Notes: a model not told the origin generated them from the letters alone. A stretch of 64,000 nt of DNA from Eledone cirrhosa (GCA_964016885.1 CAXHJY010001379.1:1-64000), one strand, 5' to 3'; counted from the first letter of the stretch, positions 36,901 to 51,720 are shown. Numbers and translations: made by a program.

Positions 36901-38077
36901 ATCTTTGTGAAGTTTAGTTCTAGGTTAGTCTAGGGCTACATTATCCCAATGTCTTTACTCTTCTAATATTATATAAATAGGATTTGCAGGAAATTTTCGT
37001 TTTCATTTCTAGCTGATTGAGTACCCATATAGTTTCTGAGTAATTCATCATCATCATCATTGATGGGTTGGATGGGTAATCATCAGATCAAGTTGGTACT
37101 CAGAGCAGACTGCAACCATACTTAGTGCTTAAATAGGCTGCTGGCCCAAGATTTGCTTACATACAATCCCATGCACTACTGAGTACATTTTATTGTAACA
37201 CTGGCACCAGGGAGGTTATCATGTTCTTGATATAGCTGAAGAGTCTTCTCAATCCTTTGTATAGCAGGTTTTTCTATGGCTGGATACGCCTCCATTTACC
37301 AACCACTTTACAGAGTGTACTGGGTGTGTTTATGGTGTAAATCACCAACACTAGGGAGGATAGGTGAAGTCCTTCAAACCCTTTGTTTGACATTTTTTTT
37401 TCTATCGCTGGATACTCCTCCATTTACCAACCAGTTTAGTGTACTGGGTGTGTTTATCATGTAAATCATCAACACTAGGGAGGTTAGGTGAAAGCCTCCC
37501 AACCCTTTGTTTAGCAGGTTTTTCTATGGCTGGATACTTTTCCATTTACCAACCACTTTACAGAGTGTACTGGGTGAGTTTATTGTATAAATCACCAACA
37601 CTAGTGAGATAAGATAAAGAGTCCATCTGACCCTGGAGAAGTCCAGCAGCCTTGCTCAAGTAAAAAAGAATAAAATAAAATCAGTGACAATAATTGTGAC
37701 GGTTGATCTCCCAACCCTAACCATGTGTACAATAGTCCAGTATTTCAACCATGCAGCTATTATACCACTTGTCATACCTAAAAATATTAATCAACAATTG
37801 ATATGTAGAGAAAGATAAATTGCTGTTATTCCATTGATAATTTCTTATCTTAGAAAAAGAATTGTTCTGTTTTGTGCTATTTTTGTGGCATTATTTCATT
37901 TAAAGGTGGTGGGTTGTCAGTATCAGTAGAGCGTCGGATACCATGCTTTGCAGCATAGTTATGGCCCTTTGCCTTCTGAGTTCAAATCGCGCCGAGGTTA
38001 ACTTTGCCTTTCATCCTTACAGGGTCGATAAAACAAAGTACCAGTAACGAACTGGGGTTGATTTATTTAACTTTCCC

Positions 38078-38560
38078 CTGCAGTTTGTATTTCTGTTGTG
38101 GTCTAGAACTATGCAAGGAACACCGGAGGTCTGCAGTTTGTATTTCTGTTGTGGTCTAGAACTATGCAAGGAACACCGGAGGTCTGCAGTTTGTATTTCT
38201 GTTGTGGTCTAGAACTATGCAAGGAACACCGGAGGTCTGCAGTTTGTATTTCTGTTGTGGTCTAGAACTATGCAAGGAACACCGGAGGTCTGCAGTTTGT
38301 ATTTCTGTTGTGGTCTAGAACTATGCAGTGAATACCAGAGGTCTGCAGCTTATATATGTCATGATCTAGAACAGGCATGGCTATCTCATCATATGGCGGG
38401 CTGCACTACTAAAAAATTCAAGGCAGTTTTGAAATTAGGCATGCCATTCAGAAAGCCAAACGAGCTGCAGTTTGCCCATGACTGGTCTAGAACTATGCAG
38501 GGAATACCAGAGGTTTACAGTCTGTATTTGTCGTAGACTAGAACTATGCAAGGAACCCCA
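38078..38560. repeat. 53-bp minisatellite (4 identical copies plus degenerate ones)
   Basis: Unit ctgcagtttgtatttctgttgtggtctagaactatgcaaggaacaccggaggt at 38078, 38131, 38184, 38237 and 38290. Confidence 0.92.
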
Positions 38561-38703
38561 ACTCAGTAATTGCATACTGTCAGAACACCAACTAATTATG
38601 CAGTGTTTGAAGGAATTTAATAGAATAACTTTACTATTATTAAGCTGGTGTTTAGAATGTAAGTGTTTGGAGAATTTTACTAAAAGAGCTTTACCATTAT
38701 TAA

Positions 38704-38903
38704 CTCTTTAGCATTTAAATCAGCCATATCCGGCCAGAATTCTCTCACCTCTTTCTGTTCAAACCAGCTGTAACCAGCTGCTCTTACTTAAGTTAAGGTA
38801 TTATAAAAATGAATAACAAAATCTCAGACTCAATGTTATGTGAGGTAAAGCCTTTACCACGAAAATACAATAGTACATATAGAGTAACGTAAATGCTAAA
38901 GGG
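38704..38903. mobile_element. piggyBac-type MITE (200 bp)
   Basis: TTAA at both ends; TIRs CTCTTTAGCATTTA / TAAATGCTAAAGGG, nearly identical to those of the 17819 element. Confidence 0.8.
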
Positions 38904-39372
38904 TTAAACTGGTGTTTTGAGGGATTTAATAGAATAGCTTTACTATTATTAAACTGGTGTCAAGGGCAGTGGATTGGTACCAGTGTCAGACACCATGCTT
39001 TGTGGCAGGTGGCTATGTTCCTTTACATTCTGAATTCAAATCCTGCTGAGGTTAACCCCAATGACTGGCTGCACCAGCCGAGGGAAGTTAGTTGATTGGG
39101 TGATTTAATATAAGTATTATCATTTTAAAACTGGCTATTTTTTTTTTATCATAGAATCAAACGTTTTTGTTTTTTTGGGGGCTGGTTTGCATTGAAATGG
39201 GTACCCTACACAAGTACATGAATTTAATGTCAAGGTTTTCTATATTTGTGCATAGATAATCAAGTAATGCACTATTTCTTCTACAGCATGGCAAATTGGT
39301 AGTTGCCAGAATGCTTTGTTATGTTCTGGTTCACTGCACTGAGTTCAAATCTGCTGATACAATGATATACAC

Positions 39373-39408
<36 letters not shown>

Positions 39409-39867
39409 ATATGCAGTGAAGTACTCAGCAATAAGCGCTATTTGCGAGGAAGTGTATCCAGCCATAGAAAAACTGCCTCACAAAGTATCTTGTCCAGCCC
39501 ATGCTGGCATGGAAAAGCTGACAAGTTGTGTTTGTGGAAACGGTAAAAAGCTTCTTATCTGGCTTTATCTAATAGGTATTATCTCGATGACTGTACTCAG
39601 AGTAGATGTATCATGTATAATGCTAGAAATGATGTCAGCTTGTATTTATAACTATATTTAGTTGTTGCATTTGGTTAGTTTATTCACACACATTCGGTGT
39701 ACAATAAAACCAAACTTATTCAACGTATATAGTATTTTGATGATTCATTTGCTGACACACTACACACTAGTTTGGTAATCAAAATCAAATGGACACAGTC
39801 TAGTCTTGCATGTGGCAATCTCTTTAGTGCTAATGCTGCAATAAAATGCCCCCAGTATACCCTATCT

Positions 39868-40250
39868 ATCCATGGACAAGTTCTCTATCAGTCTCTGTCC
39901 TTTATCAGGGCTGCTATGTCCCGCGTCTCCTGGAGACCAGTGTCTGTCCTTAGGGTATCAACATGTCATCTTCGGTCCCCCTTTTCCAGTGGGTCTGTAT
40001 AGAGGCTCCCAGAGTACCACTGAATGTCGGTGAGCATGTCCAGCTAACCTTAGTCTCCTCTGTGTCACTTTCGAGCTGACTCTTGGGAGGCTACTGTATA
40101 GCTCTGACTTCTTCATCCTCAATGAGTACAGGTTAATGTCCAGAGCCATCCTCAGCATTCTCGTGTAACACCCATCCACCTAACCCTTTTGAGTGAGTCT
40201 CTTGTTAAATTACCAAGTCTCAGATCCATACAGCAGCACAGACTCCATAC
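39868..40250 (-). mobile_element. RTE LINE 3' fragment (same family as 24814-25307, non-inverted)
   Basis: DGCYTRMLRMAL...QRRLRLAGHAHRH; near-identical to the inverted copy. Confidence 0.85.
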
Positions 40251-41208
40251 AATAGAGCCCTTTTGATGCCAAATCACCTGAAACTGTTCTTGGTTCAATG
40301 ATGCAAAACTTTTAGCATGTTTATCTAAAAACCTTCCATCATAATTTTATATTAGAAACTTGTTCCAAACACCATATAAGTAAGAAAATTAGTTATATTA
40401 CTAAATTCCTTCTAAATGTTTGATTATTTTTAAAATGATTTGAAAATTATGGGCAGTGTCTGTCATTAGAAATTTGTGCAGGTTTAAAGCCCAAGGAACT
40501 GCATATGAGATATAATCTCATAGAATGTTGGCTGAACCTGCACAGGTGTGAGTTGTAGGAATTGAATAGATTTGAACAAATGATATCAACTCCTTAGCAA
40601 AGGTTTCTATTTCTTTAATCAGACATTTGATATCAACTGCTGCCACACTGACTTCATCTAGTCTATGGTGATGTACTGAATGACAGCACAAAGTTCAAAA
40701 TGAATTGAAATTTGCCTTTTAGTTAGGGAAAGAAAACAAGCACCTTGTAACAACTGCTAGTAAACTCTTTCAAGAAAGTAAAGATTGAATTTTTGTGTTA
40801 AGTGGAAAAGTCTATTCAATGCATTTGAATATCTATCTAGTGATAAGAGAAAACATTAAAACCAATATTTTCTGAATGCAAAAAGAGAAAACACACCAAA
40901 AGACAAAAAAGCAGAGCATTTCATGTCATTGTTTAATCTATGCTATTTAAATAGTTTTATTAGTCCTGTCATGTGTTAGAAATATTCTATTTTTCTTCTG
41001 TTTGTGCATCTAGCTTATGTTATGTTAATAGTATTTGCTTTAATTAATGATCAAATGTATTATTCCATGCTGTTAACAAATTCATTTCACAACTGTTTGA
41101 TTCCTGGTTCCAACTCCAACTGCGTCACACCTTGGGCATGGGCTAACCTGAATCTTGTCAGTGAATTTGGTAGGGCCACTATGGAAGCCAATCATGTGTT
41201 TATCTGTA

Positions 41209-41241
<33 letters not shown>

Positions 41242-41330
41242 GTGTGTGTGTAGTTGTTGTAAGGTTGCAATAAATGTGTCTGTAGGCGGTATGCCGTTTG
41301 AGCACTCGATGCTTATGCGGAGCAGAGTAT

Positions 41331-41636
41331 ATTATTATAGATAACGAGGAATCAGTGATGCATTAAAACACAATTTATTAACATATTACATATGTTTCTC
41401 CAATCAGCTCAAGGCTATTATAGATCGAACCCGACTCTGCACTTGCAAGCTCCTCAGATGTGTTTATCATTTTCAAGGCATTTCTTCAACTGACAATATT
41501 CAGTCCGTTTCATCCCCATCACTTGAGTCAGGTTCGATCTATAATAGATCCTGCCTTGAGCTGATCGTCGGAGAAACATGTAATGTGTAATAAATTGTGT
41601 TTTAATGCATTACTGATTCCTCGTTATCTATAATAT
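41331..41636. repeat. Inverted repeat (arms about 105-110 bp), Penelope pLTR-like
   Basis: attatagataacgaggaatcagt...gaacccgactc is mirrored by gagtcaggttc...actgattcctcgttatctataat; contains GAAACATGTA. Confidence 0.8.
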
Positions 41637-42059
41637 CACCTTGACCGACCAGTCTGTCAGGTGCCGCTGGTCACAGCACGTTGTGCTGTTTTAGCCATAA
41701 GATAACGCCATCCCACTGGCTAGGCGGGCAGGCCGGTACTCATTTCTACAGCTGAGTAAACTGGAACAACGTGAAATAAAGCGTCTTGCTCAAGGAAACA
41801 ACACATCACCCGGTCCGAGAATTGAACTCGCAACCTTTCGAGTGCAAGCCCAATACCCATGCTAGCATGGAAGATGGACATTAAACGATTATATATATAT
41901 ATAGAGAGAGAGAGAGATTCGTATATACTTTGTATATAGTGCAACAAATTGGCAGTTGTTAGAATGTCAGATAGAATGCTTTGTGGTATTCTTTTCAACT
42001 CTCTACACTCTCTGAATTCAAATCCTGCAGAGGTCAACTTTGCTTCTCATCCTTTTGAC

Positions 42060-43430
42060 ATCATCGTTTTTATGTCTGTTTCTCCATGCTGGCATGGGTA
42101 GGGCAGGTCCTTTTCAGCACAGCATCTCTCCATTAGCCATGTTCCTTCATCATCTCCTTTGTGAGTCTCAGCAATTTGAGATCAGCTCCCACCTCCTCTG
42201 TTCAACTCTTCCTTGGTCTACCTCTACTGCAGCTTTCTTCCACTTGGATTTCCTAACACTTCTTCATCCAGCAATCATCATTCATGCACATCACATGTCT
42301 GTACCAATGCAGGCTTCTCTCTTGTACACCACTTTGGATTCCTCTTAAACCCAGTTTCTCGCTCTGCTCATCCAAGCTCTGCCTTTCTCTCACACTTACA
42401 TTGCATATCCAACAAAGCCTGGGTGCTTCATTTCTCTCCAGTCTATGCATGTCCTCTGTCGTCACTGCTCATATTTCACTACCATTCAGCATTGCACTTT
42501 GCACACAGGTGTCATAGTTGTCCTTTTGTACATAGGGAGAAACCTTGTGCTGTCAATTGGTAATAGTTCTATAAACTTCCATCCTATCCTTATTTTAGCT
42601 ATTATGCTCTCAGAGGACCCTCTCCCTGCTAATTAAGTTACCTAGTTAGCAGGAGCTATCAGTAACTTCTATGGATCCTTCCTGTGATTGTGAAAGGTTT
42701 ATATCACTGACACGCTTTCCCTCGGTTACCCCTGTGCATCTTCTACATCGTCTTCCCTTCCTATTAGTCTGTACCTGTCATCCCACTAGATCTCTTGTGT
42801 AACCAAGATTTACATTGTATACATCATATAGAGGTTATGCCTAATCCTTTTCTACAGGGCCACTTCCCTGAGGGAATCGGTCTAATCTTTCTTACTTAGT
42901 AGCGCTTTAGTTTTTGTTAAGTTTACTCAGACCTTTTGATTCCAAATTGTTTCCATAGTTAGAACTTATTCTGTTTTTTTCTTTTTCTATGGATTCAGCT
43001 ATAGGGAGCAGATCACCTGCATAGATTAGTCCCTATGGACAGCCAGTCTTAAATTCCTCTGTTATGACCTGCAGAAAGAACTCTTAGTAGTAGGCTAAAA
43101 GCAAGTCACAATTAACTACCTGTACCTTGAATTCCTCACTAAACTCACTTCCTACTCTCACTTTACTGACAGATCCTCTGTACATGGCTTCCACTGTTCT
43201 CAAAAGCCATTCTTCTACACCTAATCGCCTTAGGGACCACCAGATAATACATTGAGATACTGTCAAAGGCCTTCTCAAGATCAACAAAAGCTAAATATAG
43301 CAGCTTTTTCTTGACTAGGAACTTCTCTTGTAGTTGCCTCACTAAAAAGAGTGCTTCTGTAAGTACTTTTTTTCAAGCATGAAACCAAATTGCATCTCTT
43401 CTGATTTGACTCTTTCCCTAATTAGCTATG
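42060..43430 (-). mobile_element. Decayed RTE-like LINE with RT region and 3' tail
   Basis: FVDLEKAFD, IWWSLRRLGVEEWL..EAMY, CW..TEDMHRLERNE and LHWY.HV motifs; ends in acccatgccagcatgg..aaaacgatga. Confidence 0.82.
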
Positions 43431-44823
43431 CTCTAACTTTGTCAGAAATAAGTCCAGTACTGAGGTTGATCTTTCTATATCTTATTTTCACTCTCTCTTA
43501 CCTCTGAAAGAAATCAGCTGTGTTCAGACCTAGAGGTTTGGGGCTCTATCATTGGAATAGCAAGTGAATCGAAATTCTTTCTCATGTGTTTGTTGTATAT
43601 ACATACTCACTGTTGTAATTGTTTACATTATTTACATTTATGTGATGAAGAGCTGAAATAAAATAATTTCTAAATGAAACCTGCCTAACCATTGGCTCAG
43701 ACAGGTTCTGTCTTGTCTTGAGTATGGCTTTTGTTTGGAAACAAAGAAGGTGGGACGGACAGTAAGCTGATGATGATTTAACTCCCTCCTTTTTTGGTGT
43801 CTGTCACTGTTGTTTTGTGTGACAGACACTTTGACCTGCTCCTTGGACAATAATGACAGTCTAATATTTTAAAAAAAAAAGGCTTTAGAAATGAATGTTA
43901 CTTCTCCTTTTCCCCTGTCTGTCTAGCTCACTCATTTTTCTCCATCTTCTCTCTCTCCACCCTCTCATTCTTTCTCCCTCTATCTCGCTCACTCTTGATT
44001 ATTTTTCAAAATTATTTGAATATCATAAAGTCTCTCTCTTCGGTCTTCAGAAATGTTAAAATCTGGCCAGCAGGTATAAAGTCAATACCTGTAATTTCAC
44101 CTGTTTCATTCATTTAAACAGCTACAAACTGTGTGTGTCTAACTATAAGATCGATGGATGGTATATCGATAAAAATGACATATGTAAGGTTGATCGACGA
44201 GGAATGCCTATGCTGACCTCTGATTTATAACATTATGCAATGTATAAATCTAGATTAAATGATTGTCTGAGTGAGATAGTGTGACGGCGTGTGAATATAA
44301 GGGTTAGCCTGTTGATCTTTGGAGCCTAAATCGTGGGTTCGATTCCAGGTTCGGGCAGTGCGTTGTGTTCTTGAACAATAGGCATAATTGTACATTGCTT
44401 TTGGTGATACAGACTGTCCCTTCCCTCTCCATCCTTATCGTTAACCCTTTCATTAACCAATGCCTATTGCTCAAGAGCACTACGCCCATTCTGGAATTGA
44501 ACCCACCACGAGTTTATGCTCGTTAGTTCATAGGGAGATGCGCGGATACACCGTATGTAAATAAATGTCTTTGTGTGATATTCGATTTGTAGCCGCTGCA
44601 AATAAATTCAATTGAATTCAGTTCAGTCGATCAGTGATGTGTTGTTATAATTCCTGGTATTTCCCCTTATCAGCTCTGATGCTGTTGTCGTCGTTCTCGT
44701 TTGTTTTTCTTTCTTTATTGCTCTCTCTCTGTCTCTCTCACTTCCTACTTGCTGGTGCTTTCTCTCTCTCTTTCATTAAACTTAGTACCCGATACTCTGT
44801 ATGTATGTATGTATGTATTGTAT

Positions 44824-44854
<31 letters not shown>

Positions 44855-44926
44855 AATATATAAATGAAGTATTTCCGTAGGAAAACCACTGGTAAATGAA
44901 ATAATTATCTTATGTTGTTTATTACA

Positions 44927-44961
<35 letters not shown>

Positions 44962-45056
44962 ATAATAAAAAATTGAAGACTAAAATCCAAAGAGGGCTCA
45001 AGATCCCGTTAAGGGTGAAAGCAGCGATTCTTTGCTTAAACTTTAATGTTATTTTA

Positions 45057-45095
<39 letters not shown>

Positions 45096-45509
45096 GTGTG
45101 TGTACACATACGTCGTTGCTCGATCATCTCGTCTAGAAATCTTGAAATTCACCCGAAGAATTTGATAATGTAGTCAAGTATGACGTCGTCTGAAAGTCAG
45201 ATGAGATGGTCACTTTGTTGGAAGATCTTTTCGTAGCAGAAATAGATAACTGACGTTCCTTCAGCAATGGCCTTCTGTTTATCGCCCCAGTTTCTTGTTC
45301 CTTGTTTTTTCTTATTTTTTTCTTCCGTCTTACCACCTCCCACACATTCGTCCTTCACTCTCTTTATCTCCCTCTTTATTTATCTCACTCTCTCTATTTG
45401 TTTCTATTTCTTCTCCCTCTTTTACTCTTGACTCTCTAGCACCTCACCTCCCCTATTATTCATTTCTCTTTCTCTCTCTGCTTCTTCTTCGTCTCCACCT
45501 GCCATCGTC

Positions 45510-45694
45510 TGATTGGCAGTATCGGTAGAGGGTCGGACGCCATGCTTTGACGCATTGAGTTACGGCCCTTGCCATTCTGAGTTCAAATCCCGCCGAGGTT
45601 AACTTTGCCTTTCATCCTTACGGGGTCGATAAAATAAAGTACCAGTAATACACTGGGTAATTGCTGGCCTTGTGTCAAAAGTAGAAACAATTAT
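45510..45694 (+). mobile_element. tRNA-derived SINE family A (representative copy; others at about 2658-2845, 4005-4191, 37906-38078 and 54266-54478 on +)
   Basis: A box TGGCAGTATCGG, B box GAGTTCAAATCC, CORE-like ctttgcctttcatcc..gtcgataaaataaagtaccagt, tail gccttgtgccaaaagtagaaacaatta. Confidence 0.85.
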
Positions 45695-46595
45695 TTCCCC
45701 TTCACCCTTCTTTTCTCTCCTTCGTCTGCTTTTATCTTCCTTTTCGATTTAATTACTCCTGATTTTTTTTTTTTTTTTTCCACTAATTTATCCTCCCTAC
45801 GTCTCTTTACTACATCTTACCATCCACTCCTCCCTTCATTGCTCTCTCCCGTTACTCTGTTGCTGTTTCCTCAAGCCTCTTTTTAATTTCTTTACCCTAT
45901 CCCTTTCACTCTCTTTCTCCCTTGCTTATCGTCTTTCTCTCTCTCCCCCTTCATCTAACCATTCCCCCTCTCTTTTTTCACCATTAATTCACTCTGCGTC
46001 TCTTACCTCTCTCCCTATTTCTTCCTCCTCCGTCTCTCTTTCATTCTCTCAGTCTTTCCCTCACTCTGCTGTGTATATATATATTTATACACTGTATGTA
46101 TATATATACTCTGCTACTGTGCCTCTTTTACTGTGGCCAGCTACTACCACTACTACTAGTTCGTCCCTCCTACCACCATTGTCAGTTTACCTTCCTCTGT
46201 AGTGAGAAGCAGTAGCAGTAGTGAGAGTAGACTTTAGTGTTGTGGTAGTGCTGTGTCTGTCCCGCAGTAAACATAACACATTACACCTCAGTCTCTGTTA
46301 GTTTTATTTTTTATTTAGATTCACTTGAATTTCGTTTAATTTCTGTGGGTTTTTTTGTCGTTTTTCGTGTGTTTTGTGTGTATTTAATGCAGGCCTCAGC
46401 TTAAGTTGAAGCTAAGGTAAGTAATATTGACTCAAATTATCTCTAGGTACTAACAATGATAACGGTGTATCTTTCTGACACAATACTGTGAATATGTACA
46501 CACACACAAACATGACTATAGATATATATATACGCACACACACACACACACAAATATTTTATATATGTATATACATACAAACATGAATATATATT

Positions 46596-46632
<37 letters not shown>

Positions 46633-46971
46633 CACAATCTCAATACATTGTATATACATACGCACGTGAGCTTGAGATACTACATGGTCGCTCAACTTGC
46701 TAGAAATAGCAGTCATATCTCTCGCCTTATTGTCTTAAAGTAAGGATATATTAGATAATGTTGTCCTGGACGAATAATACTTATAAAATTAATAATTAGA
46801 CGAAGAGTTACTGTGGAGACAGCATTGGTAACAAGCTTCTTCACAATTACAGCCGACAGCAATATATGGTGGCTATTCTAGTTTGTTTTTAATTTGGGTT
46901 TTTTCAGTTCTTTAGGCTAAGATTTAAAAAAAAAATTTTTGGTGAGCGCCGAACAACTGTTATCGCAGTCG

Positions 46972-47013
<42 letters not shown>

Positions 47014-47528
47014 CTTTTTAAATGGAAAAACAAAAACATAACACGTGTTTGTGTGTGTTATATATATATAATATATATTAGTTTTCTCGATAGTTAATCT
47101 AAACTTGCCTGGAATTACGAATGAAAAAGTTTGTTAGCATGAATTTATTATGCTTTAATGTATTGGAGTTGGACGTGATAATGACCAGCTCTTTTTACTC
47201 TTGGTATTTCTAAAAAGTCTCACAAGCAAATAATACACACACACACGTATGTATATATATATATATATATTTATATATCTGTACGCACATACTGTACATG
47301 TATGCATATGTGTATACACACACACACACACACAGCTGGTAGAAAGTATAGGTCTATGTTGAATGTAGACGTGGACGTTGGATAGTTAATATAAACAGAA
47401 AGAAACTAGAGCCTTATTATTTGCTTGTCCTTTATCTATTATGTACCGTATCCAATGTCCATATTTACGTTCACTATATTCCATCAAACACTTTAGCCGA
47501 ATAATGTCGGACGAACGGTATAGCTAAA

Positions 47529-47560
<32 letters not shown>

Positions 47561-49031
47561 CACATACACTCTGCTGTTATGTTTGTATATTTCTTGTTGT
47601 CTGAAAGTTTTTACGACACATTTATTACTAGAGCTAGCTGGACAAGATATATGTGTATATACACATACATACATGTCACATAATCTGAATAATATAGAAA
47701 AGTAAAAGAAACTTTCCGTTAGCGAATTATGTTGAAGAATGTTAATATATTTCGAAATTTCAATGTTCTTTCTATCTGAATACCTTGTACTTTAGAAATT
47801 CATTTTTTAACTTACTTACAAACAACTCCCACAAGAATTATATATATATATATATATATAGTTTCTTTCGATCCGTTTTGAGCAGAGATTTCGGTTTTAA
47901 TTTGGTTCGTTATCATTAAATAGACCGAAGACATAACTGGGACGGTGATTATTTTGTTTGGTTGTTTACGTGTTTCATTTCTCCATTTGTGTCTATTTCA
48001 ATCTCTATTTCTGTCTCTCTCTGACTCTCTGTGTGTGTGTATATAATCAGTGAATGTGTGGTGCTTTATTTGGTAAATTTACAGAACACCCTTTCTCCCG
48101 TTCAGTAGGAAATTGTGGGGAGGAGGTTTAGCCTGTCCCCTACCCCCCCCCCTTTTTACCCTATATTTTTTTTTTTATATTCAAGCTGGTGTTGAAGACA
48201 TAAGCTAACTAACTAAACACACTCTCTCTCTATATATATATTTTTTTTTTTTTGCTTGTTTACAACGAACGCCATTTCTTCTTCCACCAACCAACCATTC
48301 TCTATCTCTACATACATACATACCTTATTCGAGATACCATATATATTTTGTTGGTGACATTGACAATGTCTTTCCCTGCTTTTCTTTTTAGCTTTATAAG
48401 TTTTGCATCTCTAAGCAGGATACTGGTTGACATTTTTGCGAACCCTTTTTTTTTTCTCTAATCTAATTTTTCTTTATTTATACTAAACGTGTGTGTACAC
48501 AAACACGCACGCACTTAAGTGTCTGCAGTGATGTATACGTAAACACGCACATCTCTAGCACCATTTTCTCACACATTCATGTGTGTGTGTATATGTACAT
48601 ATCTACACACATACATAGGTAAACAGTATAAACAGCTGAATATATGTATGTTATACTCTCTAACTGCTGGCGGAGTGATTTGATGTAATGTGTGTAGGCT
48701 TCTGCCATCTTTTAAAATTTGCCAGGTAACACGAGCATAAGTTATTTCGCTAACTGGTTCTAATCAAACTGTGACCCTTTTTCTAAAAACAAAAGTCCCC
48801 CAGCCCCATCACCCCAAAAAAGTATACCGTTTGTCCCAACACACCTGCCATCACCCTTCTCGTGTTCGTTTGATTGATTGGAGTGAAGAAAACTCCAGCT
48901 GGAAGACACCATTAAACACAAGTAACAAGTGACTATTAATAGTAATATATCATTAAGCAGTGTTGTTTTTTTTTCTTTTTTGTAAAAATTAGTTATGTGG
49001 ATTTGTTTGTGTTTTCATGTTAGAGCTCAAA

Positions 49032-49079
<48 letters not shown>

Positions 49080-51534
49080 ATGTGTATACACACACACACA
49101 AATATCCCGTCATATTCACAGAATTCCTTGCGTATACACGTTAAGGTTATGGGCCCCGTTAGCTCCGTGTGTGTGTGTGTGTGTATTCCTGGTGATTACA
49201 AACGAATGAAACGGTTCCAGTACTGTAGAAGTCGTTTCTATATTAAATATGTACCTTCACTACTAATGTATCCAGTACCTTTAACTGCAGTTTCCTTCGG
49301 GAAACCGTTCTGCATTTTACATGTGAAATGAGTCTGGTAAATTTTCACGAAATATTTTCGTTTTCTTATTTCGAGTCCTTTTGTCAATGATACCCGTCAT
49401 TGAGCTTGGACGTCATGTCGTAAATTTGTTGTTTGGCCCCTTGTAATCCCCGATCAATCAGACCTCGCTATGATCAATGACGTACCCGTTCTATTAGTGA
49501 CACAGCTTTTAATCCTGCCGTCGTTACATGGGACCACATTATCAATTATTTCACTTTTCTAAAAGACGGGGATCCCCGAACTATTTAGACAATCGACCTT
49601 TTCATAAAATCCTTGACACCTCGTCAACCCCATACATATCCAAAAATAACTTTAAAAATCAAATAGAATAAACAATAGAAACAAATTATATATAAACCAG
49701 AAACCTGTACAAGCAAGTTGTATTTTCATTTCTTGTACAAATGTCAGATTTTGGTCCAAAAATTCAATCGACTTCTTGGGTAGGTCACATGGACTCCTAG
49801 GGGGTTATTAACTGGTTCACTGCATTTCAGGCGATGAGAGAATCAAGGGAGTGTCTGTGCAACCTGAGTACGAATAGAATGTATTTTTGTTTCAACCAAC
49901 TGGTTTGTTTTTATCAGTGGTTTTCTTTTAGGCTGATATAAAATACACCACACATACACAATGTGAATGTAAGTATGTATGTATGTGATATATATTTATA
50001 AAAATCATTTAACGTCCACTTTCCTTGCTGACTGGGTTGGATGAGTCTACATAGACTAAATCAGTACTGAATCGGGGTCATAGACGTCCCAGACAGGCTG
50101 AGGAGGCCTGTATCCCTCTTACATATGGTCATATCGAGTGCAGAGGAGTTGTCTTTTGACATACTGAAGGGTCCTGCCAACATTTTGTTTGCCAAGCTTT
50201 CTATGATTTTCTATCACCAACCACTTTACAGCATTGGCAATAATTGGGTAGGTCGTCACAGGCCAGTCAGCACTCAAGCAACGCTACTGGTTTCTCAGAT
50301 GTGCCGAGGGGCCTGCATCTTGCTTAATCCTGTGCCTGAACCAGATGCATTTTATCATGACACCAGCACTAGGGAGGTTATATCTTCAACACAACTGAAG
50401 TCTTCCCAACATTTTGTTTAGCAGGTTTACTATGGCTGGATGCCCTTCCTATCACCAGCCACTTTAGTGTACTGGGTATTTATAATGTAGATCACTATAT
50501 ATGCACACACACAATTTTGTAGCACCTTGGTTAACGTTGTTCTAGCCATGGGGCTTCCACATTTTTCAGACAGTTTATCTAAAACTATCCGATATCTTTT
50601 CTGTTGATGTGGTATGGTGTGATGGAGATTTGATTGGTATTTCTAGCAGGTCAAGAGACCACATTGAAGCTCACCCATCTTTACTTTACATCCGCCATAG
50701 CTGTCTTGTTTTGGCATCTTTTCATGCATTTGGTTGGATTTTTTTTTGGCATTTCTGGCTCTGCTACAAATGTTCTGATAACTGGACAGGTTTTTAAAAT
50801 CCTACTTCGCCACAATTACTTAACTTCCAATAACAACCACCAGGTCTTCTGGCAATGTTATATATATATATATATATATATACCAAGTAGATTGGCTGAG
50901 CCAATGAAAGCACCTCTGTGGTTTTTCAACCTTCCAGAAATACCAACCAAATCTCCTTTTGCCCCTTTTGTTACTGTATTTTCTAATGACACTGGTGTTT
51001 CAATTTTGAAAACAAAAAATTTTAATGAGATTCAGTAATGTTTTTTATTAAGGTATTTGGAACATTAGTCAATAAGAAATTCTTACATAAGATTAAGATG
51101 GAAGATTTTAATGTCAATATGAACACTTTCAAATGGGGATTGATTTTTGTAGTATAGACATAAATGTAGCACTATAGAATTTGTCTGAAAATGGTATGGG
51201 TAGTTATGTATTGAATATCTTTGCTCATATGTCTGACTGGAGCATCAAGTTGTACTGTGCTATATGCTCTGGCTTATTGTTTTCATTTGAGGTTCAGTAA
51301 TATACAATAGGGCTGGGCCCCCTCCAAAAGAATATCATGTACAGGTATGAGCTATAACAAAACCTACAAACACAGATGAGTGAAATTAAATTATACCAGA
51401 AGGTATTTAGTTCAGTTACTCTACCTTAATAGCTCACATTGATTTAATGCCACATATTGTAGAGTGGATATAGTTAGACCTAAGTATATGACAGGTATTT
51501 TTTTTTTTTTTTTTAATAACAACCCTGGATAAAT

Positions 51535-51720
51535 AATTGTTTCTACGTTTGGCACAAGGCCAGCAATTACCCAGTGTATTACTGGTACTTTATTTTATCG
51601 ACCCCGTAAGGATGAAAGGCAAAGTTAACCTCAGCGGGATTTGAACTCAGAAAGGCAAAGGCCATAACTCTATACGTCAAAGCATGGCGTCCGACCGTCA
51701 ACCGATACTGCCAATCCACC
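51535..51720 (-). mobile_element. SINE family A copy with target-site duplication
   Basis: Full-length copy flanked by accctggataaat (51522-51534 and 51721-51733). Confidence 0.88.

Noticed and set aside
38078-38560. CRISPR-like array
   Set aside because: Units are contiguous and identical with no unique spacers; there are no cas genes and the context is eukaryotic.
27300-46000. A third gene between DRG1 and EIF4ENIF1
   Set aside because: I found no chain of in-phase exons or recognisable protein motif beyond transposon remnants; small or non-coding exons cannot be excluded by eye.
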